From contig DAHXLX010000017.1 in NCBI GenBank assembly GCA_027365775.1, positions 26,351 to 90,350 on the forward strand: 64,000 nt of DNA, in the 5' to 3' direction. This DNA comes from Candidatus Saccharimonadota bacterium (GTDB lineage Bacteria > Patescibacteriota > Saccharimonadia > Saccharimonadales > UBA4665). Under the pieces are notes generated by a model that searched no databases, was not told the origin of the DNA, and worked only from the letters and a program-made list of their open reading frames with translations. The position numbers were made by a program, and so were the translations under genes. Positions 18,515 through 27,485 of the stretch are shown one piece after another; position 1 is the stretch's first letter, and each line of letters begins with the position of its first letter.

Positions 18515-19858
18515 ATGGCAAAAGTACTGCTCGTCGAAGATGATAATAACCTCAGAGAGATATATGAGGCTCGTTTGCAAGCCGAGGGGTATACGATTGC
18601 CTCTGCTAAAGACGGGGAAGAAGCATTAGTTGTCGCCAAGGAAGAAAAGCCGGATTTAATTATTTCCGATGTAATGATGCCAAAAATAAGCGGCTTCGAA
18701 ATGTTGGACATTCTCCGTAACACACCGGAGCTTAAAGACACCAAAGTGATCATGCTAACTGCATTGGGCCAAGCGGAAGACCAAACCCGGGCCAATAAGC
18801 TTGGTGCCGACCGTTATCTAGTGAAATCGCAAGTGACTTTGGAAGATATCGTAAAAGTATCACATGAATTATTAGGTGAAGATGATCCATCTACTGCCGA
18901 TAGCGAAGTAGAGTCACCAACTGTAACTACAACTACCACACAAGCAACCGCACCAGCCAGCCAGGAATCAACCGCAACTGCGGTACAGGATACGCCCGCA
19001 CCCACACCGGCCGTCGAACCGGTTGCAGTCACACCCGAACCAGAACCAACACCACAAGACGCCATCGAGCTGCCGTCGCCACACCAAAACAATACACCGA
19101 CAGCAGAGCCGGTTACATCATCGGACAGTCCTTCAGCCTTGCAGGCCGATGATCAAATCGCTAACAACAATCAAATCAATCAAACTATAAATACGTCCTT
19201 AAACCAATCGCCACCCCAACCATTGTCAACGCCACCAGACAATACCGCTCAACCGTTTAACATGCCAGAGCCTACAGCTGACCCTCTCCAATCTGCTACA
19301 CCCCAAACCGACAACCAAGCTACGCTTCAGGACATGCCAACAACTCCGAACCTGCAAATAGCCATAGATGAAAGCGGTAAATTATCTCAAACAGAAGCCG
19401 AAGAAAATACAGTGATGAATCAACAAATTGCCGATTTTCTGGAGCATACACCAGATACTTCGGATATGGCACCGACCAACCAACCTTCAGTAAGCACCAC
19501 TGCAGCCATGGACAGTCAACCAACCATTGCCCAAGCCGCCAACGATCAAACATTAGCCCAGGCGGTAAATGATTTAATGTCAGCTAATCCCGCCGCCCAA
19601 CCGACGCCTGAGCCTCAACCGGATGCACCGGCCGTCCCAGAGCCACCCGAGCAATCCAGCGAACCCGAAGTGCATCCGACCAATATTGTCGGTCAAAGGG
19701 TCATTCTACCGCCCAAAGATGACCAAAAGAAAAGCCTGAATCAACTGTTATCCGAAGAGGCGGCCAAGGAATCTGCGCAACAGCAAATGGCGGCTACAAA
19801 CCAACCGATCGTTAACCGGCCCTATGACCCTTCCGATCCGAACAATATCGCTCTATAA
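18515..19858 (+). CDS. response regulator receiver domain fused to ~325-aa Pro/Thr/Gln-rich low-complexity tail
   Basis: Canonical receiver over residues 1-120 (VEDD, IISDVMMPKISG, MLTA, VKS). The rest has no recognisable output domain. Confidence 0.85.
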   Translation: MAKVLLVEDDNNLREIYEARLQAEGYTIASAKDGEEALVVAKEEKPDLIISDVMMPKISGFEMLDILRNTPELKDTKVIMLTALGQAEDQTRANKLGADRYLVKSQVTLEDIVKVSHELLGEDDPSTADSEVESPTVTTTTTQATAPASQESTATAVQDTPAPTPAVEPVAVTPEPEPTPQDAIELPSPHQNNTPTAEPVTSSDSPSALQADDQIANNNQINQTINTSLNQSPPQPLSTPPDNTAQPFNMPEPTADPLQSATPQTDNQATLQDMPTTPNLQIAIDESGKLSQTEAEENTVMNQQIADFLEHTPDTSDMAPTNQPSVSTTAAMDSQPTIAQAANDQTLAQAVNDLMSANPAAQPTPEPQPDAPAVPEPPEQSSEPEVHPTNIVGQRVILPPKDDQKKSLNQLLSEEAAKESAQQQMAATNQPIVNRPYDPSDPNNIAL

Positions 19859-19867
19859 TCACTACCG

Positions 19868-20545
19868 ATGAGGATAAATGCCTTCGTAGCGCAAGCAACA
19901 GGTATAGGCAGGCGGAAAGCCGATAAACTCATTCAGTCGGGAAGAGTCAGCATTGGTAATAAAATCGCGGTCAATGGCGATAAAGTCAATCAATCCGATC
20001 AGGTATTTATTGATGGTAAAACTGTAAATTTGAAGCTCAACTACACGACTATAGCCCTAAATAAGCCGACCGGTTATGTTGTCAGTCGGAACGGGCAGGG
20101 CGCAAAAACTATTTACGAACTGCTGCCCAGGAACTATCACCACCTTAAACCTATCGGTAGGTTGGATAAGGATTCCAGCGGATTATTGATACTTACGGAT
20201 AATGGTCAACTCGCCTACAGATTGTCGCATCCCAGCAACAACAAGCTAAAAATATACTCGATTACACTGAATAAGCGTTTGTTAGACCGGCATCTTCGGC
20301 AAATAAAGATTGGTGTCAAATTAAACGACGGCCTCAGTTATCTTGGTATTAACGAACTGTCACCCGACCGAAAAAAAATGGTTATAAACTTAAGCGAAGG
20401 CCGCAACCGACAGATCCGCCGCACCTTTGCACATCTGGGGTATAACGTAATAGCATTGCATCGTATAGCATTCGGCGAATATCAGCTGAATGATTTAGGT
20501 AGCGGCAAATATAAAGTCCTCAATGTCCCACTAGAGGAGAAATAG
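19868..20545 (+). CDS. RsuA/RluB-family pseudouridine synthase
   Basis: N-terminal S4 domain (RINAFVAQATGIGRRKADKLIQSGRVSI) and catalytic motif GRLDKDSSGLLILTDNG. Confidence 0.85.
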   Translation: MRINAFVAQATGIGRRKADKLIQSGRVSIGNKIAVNGDKVNQSDQVFIDGKTVNLKLNYTTIALNKPTGYVVSRNGQGAKTIYELLPRNYHHLKPIGRLDKDSSGLLILTDNGQLAYRLSHPSNNKLKIYSITLNKRLLDRHLRQIKIGVKLNDGLSYLGINELSPDRKKMVINLSEGRNRQIRRTFAHLGYNVIALHRIAFGEYQLNDLGSGKYKVLNVPLEEK

Positions 20546-20568
20546 CATATATCCTATACAATATCCGT

Positions 20569-21939
20569 ATGAGCAATACTAAACTCCCGATCGTTGCACT
20601 AGTCGGACGGACAAACGTCGGTAAATCAAGTCTGTTTAACGCAATCCTTGAAAGAAGGGAGGCAATTGTCGCGAGGGAAACCGGTACTACCCGGGACAGC
20701 ATATCCGCAAAGGCCAGTTTTCACAGCCATCAGTTTTGGATAGTCGATACAGCCGGTGTCAAGGATCCTGAAGACGATTTCGAAGAAACCATTCAATCGC
20801 AAATCCGACAGGCAAGCGAGGATGCCGATGTCATCCTCGTAGTAGTTGAAGCCAATGCGGTAATTAGTCACGAAGACAGACAGGTAGCTACTCTAGCACT
20901 AAAAAGTAAAAAACCAGTGATTCTGGTAGTCAATAAAATCGACAAATCGGATAGCAGTGAAATCTACCGATTTGCTGCTTTGGGCATTAAAGACATAGCA
21001 CCGACAAGCGTGACTCAATCAAAAGGAGTTTATGATCTGCTTGAGAAAATTAGCAGACATATTACTAAAGTACCGATTAAAGCTGAACGTGAACGGCTCA
21101 AGATAGCCTTACTTGGCCGACCCAATGTCGGCAAATCCAGTCTTTTCAATACACTGCTTAACAAACAGCAGGCAATAGTCGCCGAGCGAGCAGGCACCAC
21201 CAGGGATATAAACCGGGCGGTTATTCGTTATATGAACCAGGAGATAGAACTAATGGACACCGCCGGTATTCGACGACCAGGCAGAATTGAGCAGGGCGTC
21301 GAAAAGTTCAGTGTTTTAAGATCACTAGCGGCAATTGACGAAGCAGATATCTGCTTTGTGCTAATCACCGCCGAGGAAGCAAGCGTAGCACTGGATCAGA
21401 AAATAGCCGGTATGGTCAAAGACGCGGGCAAGGGCCTGGTATTGGTAATAAGCAAATGGGATTCCGTCCAGTCGGCAGGAAACTTAACTCATGATCAGTT
21501 TCTAGCCCGGATTACCCGAGATTATGAATTTGTATATTGGGCACCGCTGGTTGTTACTTCCGCCATTAGCGGACAAAATATTACCAAACTCTATGAATTG
21601 GCTATGCAAATCTACGATGCCAGAGCCCAAAGGATACCGACAAAGAAATTAAATGAATGGCTGGGACGGACTATCCGGGCACATCCGCCAGCTGGCTTAA
21701 AGGCCCGGACTCCAAAACTAAATTACATCATTCAGGAAAACGATAATCCAATCCCCGCCTTCAAGATTTTTGGCAGTCAAACGGCATACATACACTGGAG
21801 TTACCGGCGCTATCTGGAACACTCGTTACGTGATACGTACAGGTTCTTTGGTAATCCGGTGCAGTTATGGTTTATTGAGAAACATGTCGCCCACAAACAC
21901 GGCGTCAAACCAACTAATGCCGAAAACGAGGACAACTAA
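20569..21939 (+). CDS. der: ribosome-biogenesis GTPase Der (EngA)
   Basis: Two tandem GTPase domains (GRTNVGKSSLFN..DTAG..NKID and GRPNVGKSSLFN..DTAG..SKWD) plus a KH-like C-terminus. Confidence 0.92.
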   Translation: MSNTKLPIVALVGRTNVGKSSLFNAILERREAIVARETGTTRDSISAKASFHSHQFWIVDTAGVKDPEDDFEETIQSQIRQASEDADVILVVVEANAVISHEDRQVATLALKSKKPVILVVNKIDKSDSSEIYRFAALGIKDIAPTSVTQSKGVYDLLEKISRHITKVPIKAERERLKIALLGRPNVGKSSLFNTLLNKQQAIVAERAGTTRDINRAVIRYMNQEIELMDTAGIRRPGRIEQGVEKFSVLRSLAAIDEADICFVLITAEEASVALDQKIAGMVKDAGKGLVLVISKWDSVQSAGNLTHDQFLARITRDYEFVYWAPLVVTSAISGQNITKLYELAMQIYDARAQRIPTKKLNEWLGRTIRAHPPAGLKARTPKLNYIIQENDNPIPAFKIFGSQTAYIHWSYRRYLEHSLRDTYRFFGNPVQLWFIEKHVAHKHGVKPTNAENEDN

Positions 21940-22580
21940 TGGCCTGGTTACAAAAACGACCCCAAGTAGCATTGCCGATTAATTACTATACAGTCGGACA
22001 AAACACGGTTTTATTGTTAGTTGGTCTAGGTAACCCGGGCACCAAATATGATAACACCCGTCACAATATCGGTTTTGCATGTATCGATGCTTTTGTCGAT
22101 AAGTATGATGAGATGTCCGAATGGGTAGGCAAGAGAGACTTAAAGTGCTTGATGTCAACCGGTCGAATCGGTGAGAATCAGGTGATTGCAATAAAGCCAA
22201 CAACGTACATGAACCTTAGCGGAGAAGCAGTATCACTGGTAATGAGTTTTTATAAGCTCCAGCTAGCGCATATAGCAGTCGTCCACGATGAGCTGGATAT
22301 CGACTTCGGCTATATTCGCACCCGCCTCGGTGGCAGTGCTGCCGGCCACAACGGTATCAAATCGATCACAGATCATATAGGGGAAGATTACGCACGCATA
22401 AGAATCGGAATCGGACCGAAGCGACCAGCGCAAATCGATAGTGCCGACTTTGTCTTGCAGCCGTTTAACGATACGGAGAAACGGCAATTGGACAACCTGA
22501 AACAGGAAGTAACGGCAATTATTAGTGAATTTGTTTATGCCAAAACAATCAGCCAAGAAACCAGAACATTTATCGTGTAA
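21939..22580 (+). CDS. pth: peptidyl-tRNA hydrolase
   Basis: LLVGLGNPGTKYDNTRHNIGF, YMNLSGEAV and HDELD motifs. The start overlaps the der stop (TAATG). Confidence 0.9.
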   Translation: MAWLQKRPQVALPINYYTVGQNTVLLLVGLGNPGTKYDNTRHNIGFACIDAFVDKYDEMSEWVGKRDLKCLMSTGRIGENQVIAIKPTTYMNLSGEAVSLVMSFYKLQLAHIAVVHDELDIDFGYIRTRLGGSAAGHNGIKSITDHIGEDYARIRIGIGPKRPAQIDSADFVLQPFNDTEKRQLDNLKQEVTAIISEFVYAKTISQETRTFIV

Positions 22581-22581
22581 T

Positions 22582-22625
22582 ACAAAAACAGACCGACGAG
22601 AGGGGGTGGGCACCGCTCGTCAGTC
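22582..22625 (-). terminator. intrinsic terminator (minus-strand orientation)
   Basis: On the minus strand, the GAC-T-GACGAG ... CTCGTC-G-GTC stem is followed by TCTGTTTTTGT. The T-tract is present only in this orientation. Confidence 0.5.
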
Positions 22626-22924
22626 TGTCTCAGCGGACAGAAGAACTGTCCGCAAACAAACTCCCTTCAAGCCCACCCGGGCGAAACATCATGCAAAAAA
22701 ATAAGGCACGTGTCTTTACTATAAGTAAAACCGTTCAGGCTCGCGCTTGATCGGGGGATCACTTAAAGGGGTTAGTATGCTTTAGAACGATGCCTTAAAG
22801 GCACCTAAAGGACGTAGTAGTGGAGGGTAACAACTACTTTATATGGTCCCGATCTAAAGCAATCTAACATTTGTTAGAATGGGGTAAAAGGTGCGTAAAT
22901 CCTAATAAATTAAGACTTACAGCT
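22582..22924 (-). ncRNA. candidate ~340-nt structured RNA of unknown class
   Basis: It lies between a consensus promoter and the terminator above and has stops in all frames. Several nested helices are visible: GATCGGG/CCCGATC, CTTTAG/CTAAAG, AGTAG/CTACT, GCGGACAG/CTGTCCGC and GGGTGGGC/GCCCACCC. Confidence 0.45.
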
Positions 22925-22928
22925 GGCA

Positions 22929-22957
22929 ATAATAGCAAAATTGTGTTTTTATGTCAA
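22929..22957 (-). promoter_or_regulatory. sigma70-type promoter TTGACA-N17-TATTAT
   Basis: The reverse complement reads GTATTGACATAAAAACACAATTTTGCTATTATTGCCAGCT. The predicted TSS is near 22922-22924. Confidence 0.5.
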
Positions 22958-23025
22958 TACTTTCTAATAATTTCTATATACTGACAAATTCATGTTGTTA
23001 TCATGCTTGTGTTAATATATAATCT

Positions 23026-23211
23026 ATGGGCAATATAAATAAAAAAATAACCATTATGTGTTTCACCGTTCTAGGATTAGTTGGCAGCTGGATTGGCGCC
23101 GCTATGCAGCACAATAATTGGTTCGGTTTATGGAGTAACGTACTGGGCATCGTCGGATCGTTAGTCGGCATCTGGGTAGGTATTATCATCGGCAATTACA
23201 TCGATTCTTAA
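23026..23211 (+). CDS. small two-TM membrane protein (GlsB/YeaQ/YmgE-like pattern)
   Basis: Gly-rich TM helices VLGLVGSWIGAAM and VLGIVGSLVGIWVGIIIG. The start is uncertain, with an alternative ATG at 23056. Confidence 0.45.
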   Translation: MGNINKKITIMCFTVLGLVGSWIGAAMQHNNWFGLWSNVLGIVGSLVGIWVGIIIGNYIDS

Positions 23212-23296
23212 AAATTGTTAGAATCCTCTGTATTCAAACTTAAGATTATTTAAATATTAATTGCATAAAGGTCATATTGTGCTTAAGATGTACGAT

Positions 23297-25582
23297 ATGC
23301 CGAAAAATCTAGTTATAGTGGAAAGCCCAGCTAAAGCACAAACAATCGAGAAATTTTTAGGTAAAGATTACATCGTTAAAAGTAGCTTTGGCCATATCCG
23401 GGACCTCCCTAAAAAGGGCCTAAATATAGACATAGAAAACGGCTTTACACCAAAATACGAAATAAATAGCGACAAAAAGACTGTGGTAAGGGATTTAAAA
23501 AAACTTGCCAAAGGCAGTGAAGTACTGCTGGCAAGTGATGAAGATAGAGAAGGGGAAGCCATTGCCTGGCACTTGACTCAGGCCTTGGATTTGGATCCGA
23601 AGAAAACCAAGCGGATAGTGTTCCATGAAATTACCAAACCGGCAATCGAGCAGGCCATCAAGCATCCCCGCACGCTTGATCTGCGACTGGTAGACGCGCA
23701 ACAGGCGCGACGTGTACTTGACCGGTTGGTAGGTTATGAACTGAGCCCCTTACTTTGGAAGAAAGTTAGAACCGGTTTAAGTGCAGGACGGGTTCAGTCC
23801 GTAGCAGTTAGACTAATTGTTGAACGAGAGCGTGAAATCAGGCAATTCACAGCCGAATCGTCATTCAAGGTCACAGCAATTTTCGAACACAATAATGACT
23901 CGATACCGGCAACACTTAATAGCCCTCTCAAGGACTACGTACAGACTAAAAATTGGTTAACAGAAACAGCATCTGCATCGTTTAAGGTCGTAAATCTGGA
24001 TACGAAGCCAAGCCGAAGAAGTCCTAGCGCACCTTTTACAACCAGTACGCTACAGCAAGAGGCGTCTATAAAGCTCGGCTTCAATGTCAGGCAGACAATG
24101 ACGCTTGCCCAACGCTTGTACGAAGCGGGATTGATTACCTATATGCGTACTGACAGCACGATATTGTCCGATTTGGCAATAAAATCAATTGGCGACTACA
24201 TTAAAAGTCAGTATGGGCAAAGTTACCACAGTGCCAGACAATACAAAACCAGGAATCGAAGCGCCCAAGAGGCGCATGAGGCAATTCGACCAACCAACAT
24301 ATCAACAACAGCCATAGCCGGTGACGGCGGCGAAAAAAAACTTTATGATTTAATTTGGCGTCGGGTTGTTGCGTCACAGATGTCCGAGGCTAGAATATCG
24401 AGAACGGCAATTCAAATAGCGATTTCCAATCAAAAGGAGCTTTTTATTGCCAAGGGTGAAGCACTTGAGTTTGACGGGTATATGAAAGTTTACGGAGGGG
24501 CCAAAGACGATATTGTACTACCGCCGCTTAAAGTTAATGATCCGCTTATTCTAAAGCAGTTGGGTGCCAGAGAGCAATTCAGTCGCGGACCAGCCCGTTA
24601 CAGCGAAGCCGGACTGGTTAAGAAACTAGAGGAGCTGGGCATCGGTAGACCGAGTACCTACGCGCCAACAATAACAACTATCCAATCCCGGGGTTATGTT
24701 GAGAAGCGCGATTTAATGGGTGAACAGCGAAAACTTAAGTTGCTAACAATAAAGGATAAACAAGTCCAGGAATCAGAAGAAGAAGAGACAACAGGAGCGG
24801 ACCGCAACAAACTAGTACCCACGCCAATAGCGGAAGTGACGACAGACTTTTTAACTAAATACTTCTCATCGGTTGTAGATTATGATTTTACCGCCAGAGC
24901 CGAAGAGAACTTCGACGCGATTGCTATGGGCCAGCAAAAGTGGAATGCAATGATTAGTGATTTCTATAAGGATTTTCATCCGTTAATTGAGAGAACCGAA
25001 GATGTGTCAAGGCATGAGGTCTCCCAGGCACGACTGGTGGGCAACGATCCGAACAGTGGCAAACCAATATATGCCCGCTTCGGCCGTTATGGACCAATGC
25101 TTCAGCTTGGCGAAACGACTGAAAAGCAAAAACCAGACTTTGCTCCGTTACCAGAGGGGTCGTCGATCGATTCGATAACGCTTGAACAGGCATTAACAAT
25201 GTTTAGACTGCCGAGAAAAGTAGGTGTTACTGCCGATGGCGAAGAAATCCAGGCAAATATCGGCCGGTTCGGGCCATATATTAAAGTAGGCGGCAAATCG
25301 GTATCGATTAGAGGTCACGATCCGCATAATATTACCCAAGAACAAGCCATATTACTCTATGAAGAAAAATTAAAGAAAGATGCCGAGAAATATATCAAAG
25401 ATCTGGGCCAGGACGTCAAGATATTAAACGGACCCTATGGGCCATATATTACCAACGGTAAAAAAAACGCCAAAATTGATAATAATACTGATCCTACTAC
25501 AATAACCCTGGCTCAAGCTGAGAAAATGCTGGCTAAGGCTCCAGACAAAAAAAGACGATTCAGACGCAAGAAAACAAAGTAG
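23297..25582 (+). CDS. topA: DNA topoisomerase I
   Basis: TOPRIM N-terminus MPKNLVIVESPAKAQTIEKFLG and LASDEDREGEAIAWH, and the catalytic Tyr region LITYMRTDS. The start is chosen at MPKNLVIV rather than the TTG at 23261. Confidence 0.92.
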   Translation: MPKNLVIVESPAKAQTIEKFLGKDYIVKSSFGHIRDLPKKGLNIDIENGFTPKYEINSDKKTVVRDLKKLAKGSEVLLASDEDREGEAIAWHLTQALDLDPKKTKRIVFHEITKPAIEQAIKHPRTLDLRLVDAQQARRVLDRLVGYELSPLLWKKVRTGLSAGRVQSVAVRLIVEREREIRQFTAESSFKVTAIFEHNNDSIPATLNSPLKDYVQTKNWLTETASASFKVVNLDTKPSRRSPSAPFTTSTLQQEASIKLGFNVRQTMTLAQRLYEAGLITYMRTDSTILSDLAIKSIGDYIKSQYGQSYHSARQYKTRNRSAQEAHEAIRPTNISTTAIAGDGGEKKLYDLIWRRVVASQMSEARISRTAIQIAISNQKELFIAKGEALEFDGYMKVYGGAKDDIVLPPLKVNDPLILKQLGAREQFSRGPARYSEAGLVKKLEELGIGRPSTYAPTITTIQSRGYVEKRDLMGEQRKLKLLTIKDKQVQESEEEETTGADRNKLVPTPIAEVTTDFLTKYFSSVVDYDFTARAEENFDAIAMGQQKWNAMISDFYKDFHPLIERTEDVSRHEVSQARLVGNDPNSGKPIYARFGRYGPMLQLGETTEKQKPDFAPLPEGSSIDSITLEQALTMFRLPRKVGVTADGEEIQANIGRFGPYIKVGGKSVSIRGHDPHNITQEQAILLYEEKLKKDAEKYIKDLGQDVKILNGPYGPYITNGKKNAKIDNNTDPTTITLAQAEKMLAKAPDKKRRFRRKKTK

Positions 25583-25682
25583 TTTTTCCACTACCGCAAA
25601 TCTGTTGCATTGCTATAATTCTACAACATCGTCTATGCAAGATAGTCATTATTGTGCTACAATAAACACATAAGGCAATTTT

Positions 25683-25711
25683 TTGACATTTAATAATTAG
25701 TGTTATATAAT
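25683..25711 (+). promoter_or_regulatory. consensus sigma70 promoter TTGACA-N17-TATAAT
   Basis: TTGACA at 25683-25688, an exact 17-nt spacer and TATAAT at 25706-25711, ~54 nt upstream of the 25765 start. Confidence 0.6.
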
Positions 25712-25764
25712 AGAACATCCTAGATCTCTAGCGTTCAAGGGAAGTAGATAAGTATATATATAAG

Positions 25765-26793
25765 ATGTCAGAGAAAATATCGACGAAAAATTTGGTAAAC
25801 GGGGTACTGCAGTCCATAGATCACGATCGTGAAAGAGAGATTGTATCTCGACGTTTTGGCCTATTCGAGCGCAAGGAAACCCTTGAGCAAATAGGAGAAC
25901 TGTTAAGTATTACCCGTGAAAGAGTACGCCAACTCGAAAAAGCTGTTATCCAAAAACTCAAGGCGGCCGGCGAACAGCATAAACTTGCGGGTATCGATGA
26001 TTTTCAAACTCAAATTCTGGCAATAGTAAAAAGCTCAGGCCAGGTAGTACGAATCAGCGAATTGGCTAACCGGTTGGTCGAGGATCCTAACCGTATCGAA
26101 CAATCAAGGTTGGCCTTCCTGTGCGGGCTATGTCCTGATCTTGTATTAATATCTGACGATGATACTTTCTATGCGTGTGTAGCCGATAGACAACAGTATA
26201 GCGAAAAGTCACTTAAAGAGGCGATTGGCAACATTACCAAAACCATCTCTAAGATTGGTGAGCCTAAACCAATCGAATATATCGCTAAACAGGCAGGTAT
26301 AGCCGATATCAAGCATGCCAAAGCATTAGCCGGTGCATCAAAACTACTGACAAGCCTGAATGGACAGTGGGGGCTAGTTAAATGGCCATTAGTTAACCCA
26401 AAGAATATCCGCGACAAAATATATGTTATTTTGAAGGAAAACGGTCGCCATATGCATTTTAACGAAATAGCTGAAGCAATCAAGTCCAGTGAATTCAAAC
26501 GAAAAGACGTAACAACTCAGGCTATACACAATGAATTGATTAAAGACAAGCGATTCGTTCTGATCGGCCGTGGAATCTATGCACTTAAAGAATGGGGTTA
26601 TGAAAAGGGTACTGTGGCTGATATCATTAGCCAGGTACTAAGAGAAGCAAACCAACCGTTACATCGTGATGAAATAGTTAAACGCGTTCTAAAGAGTCGT
26701 TTTGTAAAAGAAACTACAATATTATTAAATTTACAGGGTAAACCACAATTCCGTCGCGTGGCGAAAGCTACTTACGAGTTATCTGACGATTAG
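25765..26793 (+). CDS. sigma-70 region-4-like HTH plus HARE-HTH domain protein
   Basis: ETLEQIGELLSITRERVRQLEKAVIQKLK matches sigma region 4.2. The C-terminal half contains two HARE-HTH-like units (MHFNEIAEAIKS...RFVLIGRGIYALKEWG and LHRDEIVKRVL...FRRVAKATYEL). Confidence 0.68.
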   Translation: MSEKISTKNLVNGVLQSIDHDREREIVSRRFGLFERKETLEQIGELLSITRERVRQLEKAVIQKLKAAGEQHKLAGIDDFQTQILAIVKSSGQVVRISELANRLVEDPNRIEQSRLAFLCGLCPDLVLISDDDTFYACVADRQQYSEKSLKEAIGNITKTISKIGEPKPIEYIAKQAGIADIKHAKALAGASKLLTSLNGQWGLVKWPLVNPKNIRDKIYVILKENGRHMHFNEIAEAIKSSEFKRKDVTTQAIHNELIKDKRFVLIGRGIYALKEWGYEKGTVADIISQVLREANQPLHRDEIVKRVLKSRFVKETTILLNLQGKPQFRRVAKATYELSDD

Positions 26794-26819
26794 ATCATAT
26801 TAAACACAATTGTTTGCCT

Positions 26820-26840
26820 TACTGAACAATTTGCGAACTA
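26820..26840. repeat. 21-bp perfect direct repeat TACTGAACAATTTGCGAACTA, copy 1
   Basis: Identical to 27401-27421. Confidence 0.9.
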
Positions 26841-27210
26841 TTATTAATCAAACTCAGCTAATAACAGTGCAATAAATTAGATAGCAATAATAAGTTAGTC
26901 AATTAAGACAAACAGGGATTAAGTTAAGGCAAACGTTAATAAAATATACAATCCTCGTAAAAGTACGCGCCTAGGGCAGACTAAAAGATATACAAGTTAT
27001 CAATACAGACCATACGTCGTACAATGTATATTTTGCGACGTGGCATAAGTTTATTGTGTCCATTAGGTAATACCCCGGGACAAGGGGAGTATCGGCTCTA
27101 TAGACAAGTTTATGTCTGCTTATTAGATTAAAACACTATTGAACGCATAGCTTCGGGACAATATTATTTAACAAGCGGCCGTTATCAGATACACCTAGAT
27201 GGACGTCAAT

Positions 27211-27239
27211 TTGACACTTGTGATATTTAGCACTATAAA
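27211..27239 (+). promoter_or_regulatory. sigma70-like promoter TTGACA-N17-TATAAA with no downstream plus-strand gene
   Basis: TTGACA at 27211-27216, a 17-nt spacer and TATAAA at 27234-27239. The only plus-strand sequence downstream is non-coding and then antisense to ftsQ. Confidence 0.4.
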
Positions 27240-27400
27240 TAGGTTTTTCCACAGCTTAGAACCTGAGTATTTGCATTTTTAACACTTTCATTATCTTTGT
27301 TTCATTCCCTGTCCTTTTCCCCGTTAAACATATAAATTTGACATTTAGTTACGTATATATATTCATATAACTTTTCTATATATAATTAACTTATTGGGCA

Positions 27401-27421
27401 TACTGAACAATTTGCGAACTA
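27401..27421. repeat. 21-bp perfect direct repeat, copy 2
   Basis: Identical to 26820-26840. A third partial copy (TTACTGAAC) lies at about 27449. Confidence 0.9.
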
Positions 27422-27485
27422 CAAGGGTAGAGAATCGGGGAGTATATCATTACTGAACGTCTTGTTCTTATTCATATTTATTTGT

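Noticed and set aside
22582-22924. Naming the ncRNA candidate as tmRNA, RNase P RNA, SRP RNA or 6S RNA.
   Set aside because: I could not find the tmRNA ends (GGGG...UUCGAC and UCCACCA), the RNase P P4 strands or the SRP domain IV motif on either strand. 6S has no sequence motif I can verify by eye. The class is left open pending a covariance-model search.
23261-23296. The TTG start for topA from the ORF track.
   Set aside because: The conserved TopA N-terminus (M-x-K-x-LVIVESPAK) begins at the ATG at 23297, so the extension is unnecessary.
26820-27421. The 21-bp repeats were considered as a CRISPR array.
   Set aside because: There are only two full copies, the 560-bp spacing is far too long, and no cas genes are present.
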